From assembly GCF_963921235.1 (NCBI RefSeq), contig NC_086097.1:98644001-98708000 (forward strand): 64,000 nucleotides of DNA, given 5' to 3'. Positions 1 to 13,312 of the stretch are shown here, one piece after another; positions within the stretch are counted from its first letter, which is position 1; every line of letters begins with the position of its first letter. This DNA comes from Mobula hypostoma (lineage: Eukaryota). The translations under genes and the position numbers were made by a program. The notes beneath the pieces are model-generated. The model ran no database searches. It had not been told where the DNA came from and saw only the letters and a program-made list of their open reading frames with translations.

Positions 1-1056
1 CGTGGTGGTTGTAATTGGTGTAGGGTTGGTGTCAGGAGGTGACTGGTTGTAATTGGTGTCGGGTTTGTATCAGTAGGTGACTGGTTGTAATAGAAACATA
101 GAAAATAGGTGCAGGAGTAGGCCATTCGGCATTTCGAGCCTGCACCGCCATTCAGTATGATCATGGCTGATCATCCAACTCAGAACCCTGCACCAGCCTT
201 CCCTCCATACCCCCTGATCCCTTTAGCCACAAGGGCCATATCTAACTCCCTCTTAAATATAGCCAATGAACTGGCCTCAACCGTTTCCCGTGGCAGAGAA
301 TTCCACAGATTTACCACTCTCTGTGTGAAGAAGTTTTTCCTAATCTCCGTCCTAAATTGTTTCCCCTTTATCCTCAAACTGTGACTCCTCGTTCTGGACT
401 TCCCCAACATCGGGAACAATCTTCCTGCATCTAGCCTTTCCAATCCTTTTAGGATTTTATACGTTTCAATAAGATCCCCCCTCAATCTTCTAAATTCCAA
501 TGAATGTAAGCCTAGTCGATCCAGTCTTTCATCATATGAAAGTCCTGCCATCCCAGGAATCAATCTGGTGAACCTTCTTTGTACTCCCTCTATGGCAAGG
601 ATGTCTTTCCTCAGATTAGGGGACCAAAACTGCACACAATACTCCAGGTGTGGTCTCACCAAGGCCTTGTACACCTGCAGTAGTACCTCCCTGCTCCTGT
701 TCTCGAATCCTCTTGCTATGAATGCCAGCATACCGTTCGCCTTTTTCACTGCCTGCTGTACCTGCATGCCCACTTTCAATGACTGGTGTAGGGTTAGAGT
801 CAGGGGGTGACTGGTGGTTGTAATTGGTGTAGGGTTAGCGTCAGGAGGTGACTGGTGGTTGTAATTGGTGTAGGGTTAGTGTCAGGAGGTGACTGGTGGT
901 AATTGGTGTAGGTTAGTGTCAGGAGGTGACTGATGGTAATTGGTGTAGGGTTAGTGTCAGGAGGTGACTGGTGGTTGTAATTGGAGTAGGGTTAGTGTCA
1001 GGGGGTGACTGGTGGTAATTGGTGTAGGGTTAGTGTCGGGGGTGACTGGTGGTTGC
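1..1056. repeat. ~38-42-bp GT-rich minisatellite (ggtgtagggttagtgtcaggaggtgactggtggttgtaatt), split by a CR1 insertion
   Basis: Units visible at 1-90 and about 785-1056. Confidence 0.9.
91..788 (-). mobile_element. 5'-truncated CR1-type LINE (ORF2 C-terminus plus 3' tail)
   Basis: ORF 180-779 has LVRPHLEYCVQFWSP and RRLRGDLIETYKI. An (atgtttct)n tail lies at about 91-105. Confidence 0.92.
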
Positions 1057-2838
1057 ATGGACTGCCAGATCTCTATGAACCCACTTCTGTGTTTATGTCC
1101 ATTGACACACTGACTTGGTGTTGTGAGGCTACTCCAGTGTTGTTTTCTATTACACTCTGTTTCCTTGGACCAATTTTTTGTTGAAATATGGACGTCAGCC
1201 AGCTATTTTCCTTCAGCATCCATCAGCTTACAACTCCAATGTAAGACCTGGATGAGGCATTGCTCTCTTTCCATGGTGGATGCACAAGTTATTTTGAATT
1301 GTTGTCCCTGTGTCCTTCACTCTGCAGACTTTACAAGAGTCCTTTATTGAACCATATAACAATTACAGCACAGAAACAGGCCATCTCAGCCCTTCTAGTC
1401 TGTGCTGAACTCTTACTATCTATCCCTACTTGTGAATTATTACAGAAAGAGAACTAGAAAAATTAGAATATCGTAAAAAGTTGTCTGCATTTAATATTTT
1501 CAAGCACATGATCATCACAGCAGTATGAGAAAGCATGTGACTGCTAACGAACTTTGGTTGCCAGTTTGGCCTACAGCTGTAGGTTGGTGAGAATGCACAA
1601 GTCTTGTATTGCTATTGCTTCCACACGTGAACACAGAGAAAGCAGAACCCTCTGCAGTCAATGGCAGTCTGACCTTGACTCTGGAGGGCCACCCGTTTGA
1701 GTTTGGAGGGCGTTGTCCTGTGACGGTGAGCTGTGTGTGGCTGGAGGCAGGACCTCCACACAGGGAGGAAACCCAGCTGCTGGTAAGGGAAATGGATGGC
1801 CTCGATCACAAACTGGTGCGGGTCCTCGCTGTGCAGCAGTGACGAGTCACAGCGAGTAGTCTGGGTTGTAGCCCAGATGGCCACTGCAGGCCATGATCTG
1901 TGCTGGCTCAGCCTGGTCCAGGTACAGTGGGCTGCCTGCCGTGGCTGTGTACATTGGTGGCACCCTGCCCCCCCCCCCCATCCATCCATGGAACTGTACC
2001 GAGCAGCAGACGTAGCCACCCACCACCACAGCAGCTCCTGTGAGCCCCTCGCCACCTCCTATGTCACACCCCAGGTGTCGGCCAACGGGGGTGGGGGGGG
2101 TCACCTCACTTTTCCCTTCACACACGCTGTCCGGCTTGCTGGACAGACACAATTTATGCTCCAGAGCCTCAGGTTCACTTCTGCAGACACCTCTTGCACA
2201 CAGCTACGGCACTGTGTGTGTATATTCTTGAACTGGTCTTATTTTGCAGCTATTTTTCTCTTTACCCTTTTGTATAATTTATATTTTGTTGTCTGTATCG
2301 GTGTCTCCATTATTTCCGAAAGCAAGTTTTTCATTGTACCTGTACCTCACCTTCCCTGTGCAGATGACAGTAAATGTGATTGGACTTCACCTGAGTAAGG
2401 GTCTCCAAGCCGAGTCATTAACCCCACCCACCTCACTTAGTTCAAGGCGGGTACACTGAACCAGAGACACAAGAGATTGCAGACACTGGAATCTGGAGCC
2501 GCACACTGCAGGGACAGGGAAGCCCAGTGGGTTGGACAACATCAGTGGAGGAAATTGGGTAGTCAACATTTCAGATTGAGACTTGAGTCCAATGAAAATT
2601 CTCAATCCAAAACATTGATTATCCATTGCATTTAGAGGTTTACTAGACCAGCCTGACAAAAGTCTCAGAACTGAAACGTTAATTGTGATTCCTTCCCAAC
2701 ACCCCCCCCCCACCCATGCTGCCCAATCTGCAGAATATTTCCAGCATTTGCAGTGCCCAGTTCTGCTGCTGTGTGTGGCCAAGTAACCTGCACACCTTTA
2801 GGATGTAGAAAGAAACTAAAATAGTGGGAGCTATTAGT

Positions 2839-5800
2839 TGTTGTGGTAGTTAATTGTGTCATTCCTATGTCACTCAGTTAGCCGCTCCCACAGGGGAGGA
2901 GTTGACATTGTTCAGGCTGGGATATCAATAAAGTTAAGATGAGTACCCTGCACGCTGACATCCGGGTGTGCTCAAACACAACATGGTGTCAGACATGGTT
3001 GATCGTTGATAAATTTGGGCTACAGCCCAAAGGAGAGCCCCAACAAGAAATAAATTACAGTTAGTTGTTTCTTATTTGCATACATCTATGAAAAATATCA
3101 ACCTAAACTGCTTATGCTAGTTGCTAACCGTATGCATCATGGAGCATGGGCCGAGGACTGGCCAGGGTTGACAGACAACGCCTTCACGCTGCACCCAAAG
3201 GTGGATACATTGTAATACTCTTTGGGCCACTAGCCTGGGGAAGTGCACAGAGACATAGACACAGCAGAGAAGGCAGTCAAACTGTCAGGGAGAGAAAAGA
3301 TGACTTTTGTAGTCCAAATAAATAAAATAATAAATAAGCAAACAAGCAGGAAAATGGAGCAAATACTTGCAGTGCCTACATTTATTTACCTAATAAAGCC
3401 CCCCAAGGCATTTGATTTCTCTAAACCAGAGGACTTTGAGAGATGGCTCAGACACTTTGAGAGATTTAGGATTACAAGTCATCTCACTTAATCTTCAAAA
3501 AAGCATCAAGTAGGCACACTGATATACTGAATGGATGACAAAGCAGGTGACATCATGGGTGAATTAGGACTGACAGATGCCCAGAAAAAGGAGTACAGAA
3601 TAGTGCAGGACAAATTCAATGAATGTTTCACAGGAAAGGGAAATGTGATGTATGAGAGGGCAAAATTCAACTCCAGAAAACAGGATCCAGATGAAAGGAT
3701 AAATGACTGAATCACAGCATTCCATGTCCTGTCAGACAACCATGCATGTGGAGATCTGTGGGATGAGCTCATTGGAGACAGGATTGTTTTGGGCTACTAG
3801 ACAGCAAATTGTCAGAGAGATTACTGTGGCAGGTGAATCTCACTAGAGAAGGCTATTACTATGGTCAGGCAGAGTGAGAACGCTCGTCAGCAACAGGCAG
3901 AATTCAGGCACAAAAATATTGCTGAGCAAAGCAAGAAGCTGTACAGAAAGACAGGTACAAACAGGGTGCAGTCAGAAAGACCACAGACAGAGCAGACAGT
4001 AGAGCTCAGCTCAAACAAGACAAGCGAAACAAAGAGCAGGTAAAATGTCCAACTGCAGGAGATGCGGCAAGTCGCCATTCCACGTCAAAGAGCTCTGTCC
4101 AGTGAAAGAAGTGAAATGCCAGCAATACAATAGAGTTGGTCATTATAAAAGCTGGTGTCACTCAAAAACAGTTCTTCAGGAGTCAAAGAGGACCATGATT
4201 CAGACAGAGAGAGCTTTCCTTGGGGCTCTCAATTCACATAGACCAGGCTGGTGTACTATGGGTCAGATGCAAAATGAGGCAGTTATGTTCAAAATGGACA
4301 CTGGGGCAGATATCACAGCTGTCTCCAAGTGTCTGATCACAAAACTGGTGAAGAAAATAGCCATTACACTAAACCCAACAAAGTGAGTGCTCATGGGGCA
4401 CGGAAACAAAAAGAATGTTCACTACTTCCATCCGTAAAAATGAGAAACAGTTAAAAGAGGATGTCTAGGGACCCCAGTTGTTTACAATATATATTAATGA
4501 CTTGGATGAGGGAATTAAATGCAGCATCTCCAAGTTTGCGGATGACACGAAGCTGGGTGGCAGTGTTAGCAGTGAGGAGGATGCTAAGAGGATGCAGGGT
4601 GACTTGGATAGGTTCGGTGAGTGGGCAAACTCATGGCAGATGCAATTTAATGTGGATAAATGTGAAGTTATCCACTTTGGTGGCAAAAATAGGAAAACTG
4701 ATTATTATCTGAATGGTGGCCGATTAGGAAAAGGGGAGGTGCAACGAGACCTGGGTGTCATTATACACCAGTCATTGAAAGCGGGCATGCAGGTACAGCA
4801 GGCGGTGAAAAAGGCGAACAGTATGCTGGCATTTATAGCGAGAGGATTCGAGTACAGGAGCAGGGAGGTACTACTGCAGTTGTACAAGGCCTTGGTGAGA
4901 CCACACCTGGAGTATTGTGTGCAGTTTTGGTCCCCTAATCTGAGGAAAGACATCTTTGCCATAGAGGGAGTACAAAGAAGGTTCACCAGATTGATTCCTG
5001 GGATGGCAGGTCTTTCATATGAAGAAAGACTGGATGAACTGGGCTTGTACTCGTTGGAATTTAGAAGATTGAGGGGGGGGATCTGATTGAAACGTATAAG
5101 ATCCTAAAGGGATTGGACAGGCTAGATGCGGGAAGATTGTTCCTGATGTTGGGGAGGTCCAGAACGAGGGGTCACAGTTTGAGGATAGAGGGGAAGCCTT
5201 TTAGGACCGAGATTAGGAAAAACTTCTTCACACAGAGAGTGGTGAATCTGTGGAATTCTCTGCCACAGCAAACTGTTGAGGCCAGTTCATTGGCTATGTT
5301 TAAGAGGGAGTTAGATATGGCCCTTGTGGCTACAGGGGTCAGGGGGTATGGAGGGAAGGCTGGGTTCTGAGTTGGATGATCAGCCATGATCATAATAAAT
5401 GGCGGTGCAGGCTCGAAGGGCCGAATGGCCTACTCCTGCACCTATTTTCTATGTTTCTATGTTTCTATGTCTACGTTCATCAGAATCTCTTCTCACCACT
5501 ACTGGGATGACATGCCATCGAGAAGCTGAACCTCAATGCAAGGTTGGTTTTGCTAAGTTCAGTGGCAGGAGAAGTAACTGGAGTTGTTCACAGGCCTGGG
5601 GTACCTTATCCATCTGAAGCCAGGAGTGACACCCTACTCTCTGACCACAACGAAACCTATACCAGTACCATTGGTGAACAAAATCAAAGCTGAGGTTGAG
5701 AGAATGGAGGCACTTGACATCATAAGTAGAGTGAATGGGCCTATTGACTGGTGTGGGGGCATTGTTCCTGTTCCTAAGTCAGATGGCAGAGTGAGGATCT

Positions 5801-8241
5801 GAGGTGATCTAACAAAGTTGAATAATGCAGTGAGGCAGGAGCAGTTTATTCTGCCCTCTGTTGAGCACACGTTGGGTATTCTGGGTGGAGCAAAGTTCTT
5901 CACCAAACAAGATGCAAACTCAAGGTTCTGGCAGATCTGTTTAGCTCCCGAGTTACAGAAGCTCACACATTTATCACACCATATGGGTGCTATCTATGCC
6001 CTCAAGAGGCTCCCTTTTTGCATTTCATCAGCCCTGAACACCCTCAGATAAGGATGAACGATATTTTGGAGGGACTGGAAGGAGTCATCTGCCACATGGA
6101 TGATATACTCATCTTCAGAGGCTCAGGTGAGGACATGACAAAAGAGTGGAAGCTCCCTTGGAGGAACTGAAACAGGCTGGAATCACCCTGAGCAAAAGGA
6201 AATGGGAATTTGCAAAGTAGGAGTGAAGTTCTTAGGCCACCAGCTATCCTCAGATAGAGCGCAGCCAGGTTCAGACAAACTGGCAGGAGTTCAGAACATG
6301 GAATGACCTATGAATCACAGTTTCCTTGGCATGATAAACCAGCTGGGAAAATCCGTTCCAGATTTGGCAGAGAAAACCAAAACCACTACACGACCTCCTC
6401 TCTCAGAGAAACGTCTGGAGCTGGAATGCACTACAGGAGAAGTCATTCTCATCACTTAAAGCAGAGGTTATCTCTCTTCCTTGGCATTCTTTGATCTGAA
6501 CAAAGCCACAAGGTCTCAGCAGATGTCTGTTCCTTTGGCCTGGGGGGAGCACTCATGCAACACTGCAGTAGTGTATGGAAACCAGTGGCATAAGTATCAA
6601 CACTGACTCCTAAAGGGGACACTGGATCCCATCTGGGCTTTTGAACACTTCAGCTGCTACTTGATAGGCATTAAATTCCTACTTGAACCAGACCACAGGC
6701 CACTTGTCAGCCTTCTCAGACTTCACTGGCTTGAAAGAGACACACTCACCTTTCTGGTAGGTTTGCTGGTAAAGGGCTCCAGACTAGTCATTCCTGTTTC
6801 TATGCAACCAAAATCATCAGTTAAATCCACCAAGGACATCATGACATTGAAAAATGTTACTCAAGAACAAGGCAGTTTGTGTGGTGGCCTGATCTGAGCA
6901 CACAGCTAGGAGATTGTGAAATATGCAGAAAACAGCACAAAAATCATGCTGAGCCTCTCTGTCCCACAGAATTGCCAGACTTTCCATGGCAAATTGCTGG
7001 TATAGACATTTTCAAGCTGAAAAGAGACAAATATCTTCTCGCTGTGAATTACCACTCAGGGACTGTTGAGGTGTCCAAGCCGTCCTCTACGTCCTCAGCG
7101 GCAGTTATACAGCACCTGGAAGCTGTATTCACTCACCATGGAATACCAGAGACACTTGTGTCAGACAGTGATCCACAGTTCGGCTCCTCAGAATTCAAAG
7201 CCTTTGCTTGGGACAGTGAGTTCAAACACCAGACTGGCGGTCCACATTACCCATGGGCAAATGGAGAAGTGGAAAGAGCAGTGCAAACTGTTAAGCGTCT
7301 CCTGCTGATGACAAAAGACCCCTACAAAGCACCATTAGCTGTTCACCTCTTGTGAATGGCTACAGTCTATCAGAGCTGTCAATGGGCCGGAGACAGAGAA
7401 CAAGCCTGCCCGTTCTTCCTTCTCTTCTCCAACCGCACTTACTGGACTTAGACAAAGTGAGACATTTTGAGACAAAAATGAGAAAACGAAGAGCATGCAT
7501 GATCTTAGACACAGCAAAATCTCTGTCGCCGCTCAGGAGCGGTGAAGCTGTTTGGGGTTCAGACTAGTTCACTAAAGGAACAATGGTCCAGCAGCACTGC
7601 CCCACGTCAGTTTGTGATCGGAACATCACAAGGTGAAATCAGTTGGAACAGGCATGGGCTTGTGTGACTTCAAAGCCTATGAAAGGTAGAGAGAGCAATA
7701 GACAAGGACTACTTACCAGAGGTGGATACACCTGTGATCTCCATCTGCTCCAACGATTCCAGGAACTTATACCAGATCGGCTCATTGATCTGTTCCACCA
7801 CAGAGATATACTCCATAGCCTAATAGCTTGGGGCAAGTGACTAAAAAGGCAGAATAATCCCCCCACTTTACCGGAGTGTTTGGGTAGTCTATCCTGACCT
7901 AGTGGTTTTTAAAAAGAGTTCTCATGTTGGAAACGTTTCACAAAAATAGACTGTTCTTAAAAAAAAAGGAATTGGTAGAAAAAAAGTAAGAAAACAAAGG
8001 AAGAGTGAGAGAGGCCATTAGAAACAAAAAGAAAGTCAGTTATATTGTTGGCAATTCTTTTTAATGTAAGGAGCTATGGGTAAAGTGATGTAGTGGTAGT
8101 TAATAGTGTCATTCCTGTGTCAGTCAGTTAGCTACTCCCACATGGGAGGAGTTCACATACTGTTCAGTGAAGTTCAGTTAAATATCCTGTATGCAGGTGT
8201 GCTGATGTTCTCTGCACTCTCCCTTAGTATCAAATACAATA
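2839..8241 (+). mobile_element. Decayed full-structure Ty3/Gypsy LTR retrotransposon (LTRs 2839-2983 and about 8089-8241)
   Basis: Paired LTRs start tg(t/a)gtggtagttaa..gtgtcattcct. PBS TGGTGTCAGA at 2984-2993. Gag (FDFSKPEDFERW), zinc knuckles (CRRCGKSPFH), protease (FKMDTGAD), RT (HMDDIL), RNase H and integrase (IDIF...LVSD...NGEVER) appear in Gypsy order with many stops and frameshifts. Confidence 0.9.
4468..5466 (+). mobile_element. Young 5'-truncated CR1 LINE nested in the Gypsy element
   Basis: ORF contains ISKFADDTKL...RPHLEYCVQFW, ends in an (atgtttct)n tail, and is flanked by atgtcta at 4461-4467 and 5467-5473. Confidence 0.93.
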
Positions 8242-9049
8242 GTCACAGGGAGCACATGCAACTCCACACAGACAGCACCAAAGTCACAATCGAATTTGGT
8301 TCACCAGCAGTTCCAAAGTCTGCACTGGGGGAAGGATTTGCCCATCTTAAATCGGCCACCCTTAATATTTAATCCCATCTCTTACATGTCCACCTTGTCT
8401 CTGCTGCCCAAGATGTCATTACGTTCCTCTCTATCCCAGGTCGATGGAACTGCCCACTCCTGGCAACACCACCAGTCTCACCAGCTCTTGTACATCCCCT
8501 AGATCTTTGAATATTAAAGCAAAAAGGGAAGGAGCAAGAGTGAGGAGCTCAGATGAAAGATCAGCCCAGTTCTGGTTGACTAACAGAGCAGATATAGACT
8601 ACTCCATCTGCTTCTAAATTTCTCCACTGCGCCTAGCCTTCTGCAGATTTTAGAAATGGCCTAATTATTGTAGATCTGGTTGGCTTCAAAATCCTCTTCC
8701 AATTGCTCAGCCAGCAGACTGAATGAGGCAAGAGTTGAAACTAGGATGTGGGAGGGGAGACCAGGAATAGCTAGTGGGAATGGGACCCTGAGGAAGATGG
8801 GTCAGAGAGTCAGGACAGTGTGTCCGAGGGGAGAGGAGCCCATAACGGATGGGGGTTGAAGGTGGTGTGTGTTATGGCCTAATTCTGCTCTTGTGTGTTA
8901 TGGAATAAGGAATAGTGAGACCACATAGCAGACTTTAGGAGTCAATGGACTTCTTAAGCTTTGGGAGAAATTTCTTACATGGCAGCAGACGGGTCAGACA
9001 CAGAATGAACCTCCCTCTATACTATCCCATCACACTCTCCCAGGGTCAG

Positions 9050-12000
9050 AACATATGACATAGGAGCTGAATTAGGCCACGCACCCATTGAGTTGCTCTG
9101 CGATTCCATCATGTGCAAACCATTAGCCCATCCTCTCAATCCCATTCTCCAGCGTTCTCTCCATGACCTTTGATGCCCTGACTAATCAAAAAGCTATCAA
9201 CCTCCGCTTTAAATTTATATAATGACTCTGCCTCCACAGCTATTCATGGCAATTAATTCCACAGCTCTTCACCCTCCGGCTAAAGAAATTCCTCCTCAAC
9301 TCTCTTCTACAGGGATATCCTTCTACTCGGAGGCTGTGCCTTCACATTACAGACTCTCCCACCGTGTGAGACATTCTCTTCTCGTGCACACTATCTGGGC
9401 CTTTCAATATTTTGTTAGGTTTAATAAGAACCCGCACCCCCCCCACCCCAATGCTCTAAACTCCAGTGAGTATAGGCCCAGAGCTATCAAACACTCTTCA
9501 TACGTTAACACTTTCATTCCCGTGAATCCATTATGGACCTTCTCCAATGCCAGCACATTTTTTCGTATATAATGGGTCCAAAAGCATTCACAATACTTGT
9601 GGTGCAGTCTGACCAGTGCTTTATAAAGCTTCAGCATTACACCCATGTTTTTATATTGTAGTCCTCTCAAAATAAATGTTAACATTGCATTTTCCTTCTC
9701 AACTTGCAAGCTAACCTTTAGAGAGTCCTGCACAAGGTCTCTCATGTCCCTTTGTACTTCAGATTTTTGAATGTCCTCCCCATTTAGAAAATAATCTCTG
9801 CCTTTACTCATTCTACCAAAGTGCATGACCATACACTTCTCTACACTTTATTCTCCTAATCTGTCCAAGTCCTTCTGCAGACTCCCTGCTTCCTCAGCAG
9901 TACCTGCCCCTCCGCCTATCTTTGTATCATCCACAAACTTGGCCTTAAGTCCTGTCATCCAAGTTTTTGATATCTAACGTGAAAAGAAGTGGTCCCATCA
10001 CCAACTGCTGCAGAACACTGCGTCACTGGCAGCCAATCAGAGAAAGCCCCCTTTGCCCCCTGCCAGCCAGCCAATGCTCTATCCATGCTAGTGTCTTTGC
10101 TATGGGTTCTTACCTTGTTTAGCAGCCTAATGTGTGGCACCTTGTCAAAGGCCTTCAGAAAATCCAAGTAACCAACATCAACCAATTCTCCTTAATCTAT
10201 TCTGCTTGTAATTTTCTCAAAGAACTCCAATAAATTTAGCAGGCAATTCTTTTCCCTTGAGGAAACCATGCAGAATTTGGCCTATTTTATCATGTGCCTC
10301 CAATTACCCTGAAACCTCATCCTTAATAACGGACTCCAACATTTTACCAACTGCTGAGGTCAGGCTAACTGGTCTATGATTTCCTTTCTTCTGCCTCTCT
10401 CCTTTCTTACAGAGTGGAGTGACATAAGCAACTTTCCAGTCCTCCGGAGCCATACCAGAACCTAGTGATTCTTGAAAGATCATTACTAATGCCTTCACAA
10501 TCTCTTCAACTGCCTATGTCAGAATGCCGGGGTGCAATCCATCTGGTCACCTTCAACGACACTCACTTCTGCCCCTTGACGCTCCAATTTCTGGTATACT
10601 GCTGGTGTCCTCTACAATGAAGACTGGCACAAGATATTTACTGAGCTCATACACCATTTCTTTGGCCCCCATAACTAACTCTCCAGCAGTCTGTTAGCCA
10701 CTCTCGCCTCTGTTTTACTCTTCATATATGCAGGAAAAAAAAGATTTTGGTATGCACTTTTATATTATTGGCTAGCTTACCTTCATATTTCATATTTTCT
10801 CTCCTTATTGCTTTTCTTAATTACCTTCCGTTGGTTTTTAACAGTTTCCCAATCCTCTCTCTGCTTACTACCTGTTTTGATATTAGACATAAGATCTGGG
10901 AACAGAACTAGGCCGTTCGACTCATTGAGCGCTCTGCCATTTCATCATGGCTGATCCATTTCCCTCTCAAACTCATTCTCCTGCCTTCTCCCTGTAACCT
11001 TTCACACCCTGACTTGTCAAGAATTCATCAACCTTCTCCTTAAATACACCCAGTGACATGACCTGTGACAGTGAATTCTACAGACACCCCACCCACTGAC
11101 TAAAGAAATTCCTCCTCATTTCCATTCTAAATGGATGCCCTTCTGGTCCTAGATTTCTCCACTATAAGGAACATCCTCTCCACATCCGCTCTTTCCAGGC
11201 TTTCAACATCCCCCCAACCCCCACCCCACCCATTCTTCTAAATTTCATTTGAGTACAGGCCCACATTCATCAAATGCCCACAATAAGGACCCAAAACTGC
11301 TCACAATACTCTAAGTGAGGCCTCCCCAATGCTTTATAAAGCCTCAGCATTACATCCTTGTTTTTATATTTGAGTCCCCTCGAAATGAATGCTAACATTG
11401 CATTTACCTTACTCACCACCAGCCCAACCTGCAAATTAACTTTCAGGGAATCCTGCGCAAGGACTCCCACTTTCCTTTGCAACTCAGATTTTTGAATTTT
11501 CTCCCCATTCAGAAAATAGTCTACACTTTTGTTCCTTCTGTCAAAGTGCATGACCAGACACTTCCAGACACTGTATCACATCTGCCATTCCTTTGCCCAT
11601 TCTCCTAATCTGTCTTTTCCTCAAAACTACATGTCCCTCCACCTACCTTCATATCATCTGTAAACTTGGCCAGAAAGCCATCAGTTGCATCATCCAAAAC
11701 ACTGGCATACAACATATTAAAAAAACAGTCCCAACACAGACCCCTGTGGAACACCACTAGCCACCAGCAGCCAGTCAGAAAAGGCTCCCTTTGCTTGTTA
11801 TTTACTCTTTGCTTCCTGCCTTCACTTTTACTTTTATGCTGCTTTGACTTTCCTTGTCAGGCAGAGTTGCCTCATCCTCCCTTTAGAACCCTTCTTTGGG
11901 ATGAATCTATCATGCACCTTTAGGATTTCTCCCAGAAACCACAGTCAATGCTGCTCTGCCATTATTCCTGCTGGTGTCTCACTCTAATCAACTCTGACCA

Positions 12001-12240
12001 GCTACTTTCTCATCCCTCTAAATTCTCTTTACTCCACTGTAATACTGACATATCTGATATTAACCTCTCCCCCTCGAACTCTAACATATAATCACTGCCT
12101 CCTAATCCAGTTTATTACTCAACACTCGATCCGGAATTGCTTTTTTCCCTAGTGGGCTCAGTGACAGGCTGCTCTAAAAAGCCATCTTGTATGCAGTCTA
12201 CAAATTCCTTCTCTTGGGAGCCAGCACCAACCTGATCTTT
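9050..12240 (-). mobile_element. Two adjacent decayed CR1 LINE fragments (about 9050-10870 and 10885-12240)
   Basis: Fragments include YLDFLKAFDKVPH, PEDWKVAYVTPL and RPHLEYC. Two separate 3' tails near 9050 and 10885. Confidence 0.85.
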
Positions 12241-12699
12241 TGAGTTAAGCTGTTTCTATTTATAACAGTCCTGCCACACACTCCAGGGCTGGACAACAGT
12301 GGGCAGGCTCCAGACATCTTTGAACAACATGCACAAAATGCTGGGCTGAGAAGTAAAATAATAGTTGCCACTTTGGCCTGAAACCTTTCATCATCATTTT
12401 GTGCCTTGCTCAGGATTTCCAGCTTCTGCAGAATCTTTCACATCTGCAGACATACTTTGTGTGTGGGAATATTTCAGCTGGGCTTGTAGAGAGTGGGAAA
12501 GAATCTCAGGGTAATGTGATGATTCAGCCCTGAAGAGGTGCGGGTCAGACCCTCTGTTTCATGAAGTGAATGCTCCCTTTGCATCTGCCCTTCCACTTGG
12601 TGCTGAGCAAAGGCAGGAATGTGAAACAGGTTCCTTCCCAGAACAAACTACCAAATGTTGCAAAACTTGTGTGCAGATTGAAGACAACAACTAGTAATG

Positions 12700-13306
12700 T
12701 AGCAGGAATTATTTCATTGTTTGAAAAAAATAAATTCAAACTTTGCCATTGAAATTAAAACCATTGGTGAACTAATTGTTTCTTTTACACACATCAAGAC
12801 ATTTATAAATATACATTATATACAAAATAATTTTATAAAAGTATAAAGTTCAGTGCTTTACATTTAAATTAATTATGAAATACCAACCTTAAAAAAATAT
12901 TGATTGTCTTGCTGCTCATTTGCCAGTGATTTGAAGGAATCTGCTCAGTCTGTACATTAGAGTCTGTCCCATCTTCTCTCCAGACCGTTCTCTGCCTGTG
13001 TAGTCACAGGGAAGTGCTCAGACAGTGAATGAGACGTAGTCTGTTGTTAATCTCCAGCTCACTGCCAGTTGCTCCCTCAGGAAAGTCCACCCTCAGCTCC
13101 TTGTTCTTCACAAGGAGGAGTCAGCTTGCCCAGCGCTCGGTGACAGGGGCAGTTGTTGCAGTCTCCAAGGTTCAGCCATCGGAGAAGGGTCTAAAACCTC
13201 CTAATCCTCCGTCTCCGCCCGACAACTGGTGCCTTTCACAAACAAATAAAATAGCGTTGCGGAGCCGCCGGCAACCTGCGCAGAGTGCAGCCTCTCCTCG
13301 TCAGCC
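12700..13306 (-). other. Probable 3' UTR of the dll4-type gene; 3' end not defined
   Basis: Follows the stop. AU-rich distal part (about 12720-12900) has several ATTTA pentamers on the minus strand. No canonical AATAAA seen, only TATAAA-type variants near 12800-12840. Confidence 0.55.
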
Positions 13307-13312
13307 TTACAC
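13307..13312 (-). CDS. dll4: Delta-like 4-type ligand exon 11 coding part (GTG TAA = terminal Val + stop; completes PDZ-binding T-E-V)
   Basis: Pyrimidine-rich acceptor cctccctttcctctcggtag|GTGTAA. Vertebrate Delta genes encode only the final Val in the last exon. An AT-rich UTR-like tract follows. Confidence 0.85.
   Translation of the reverse strand: M

Noticed and set aside
1..1056. Telomere-like TAGGGTTAG in the first minisatellite
   Set aside because: There is only one partial motif per ~40-bp unit and no (TTAGGG)n tract.
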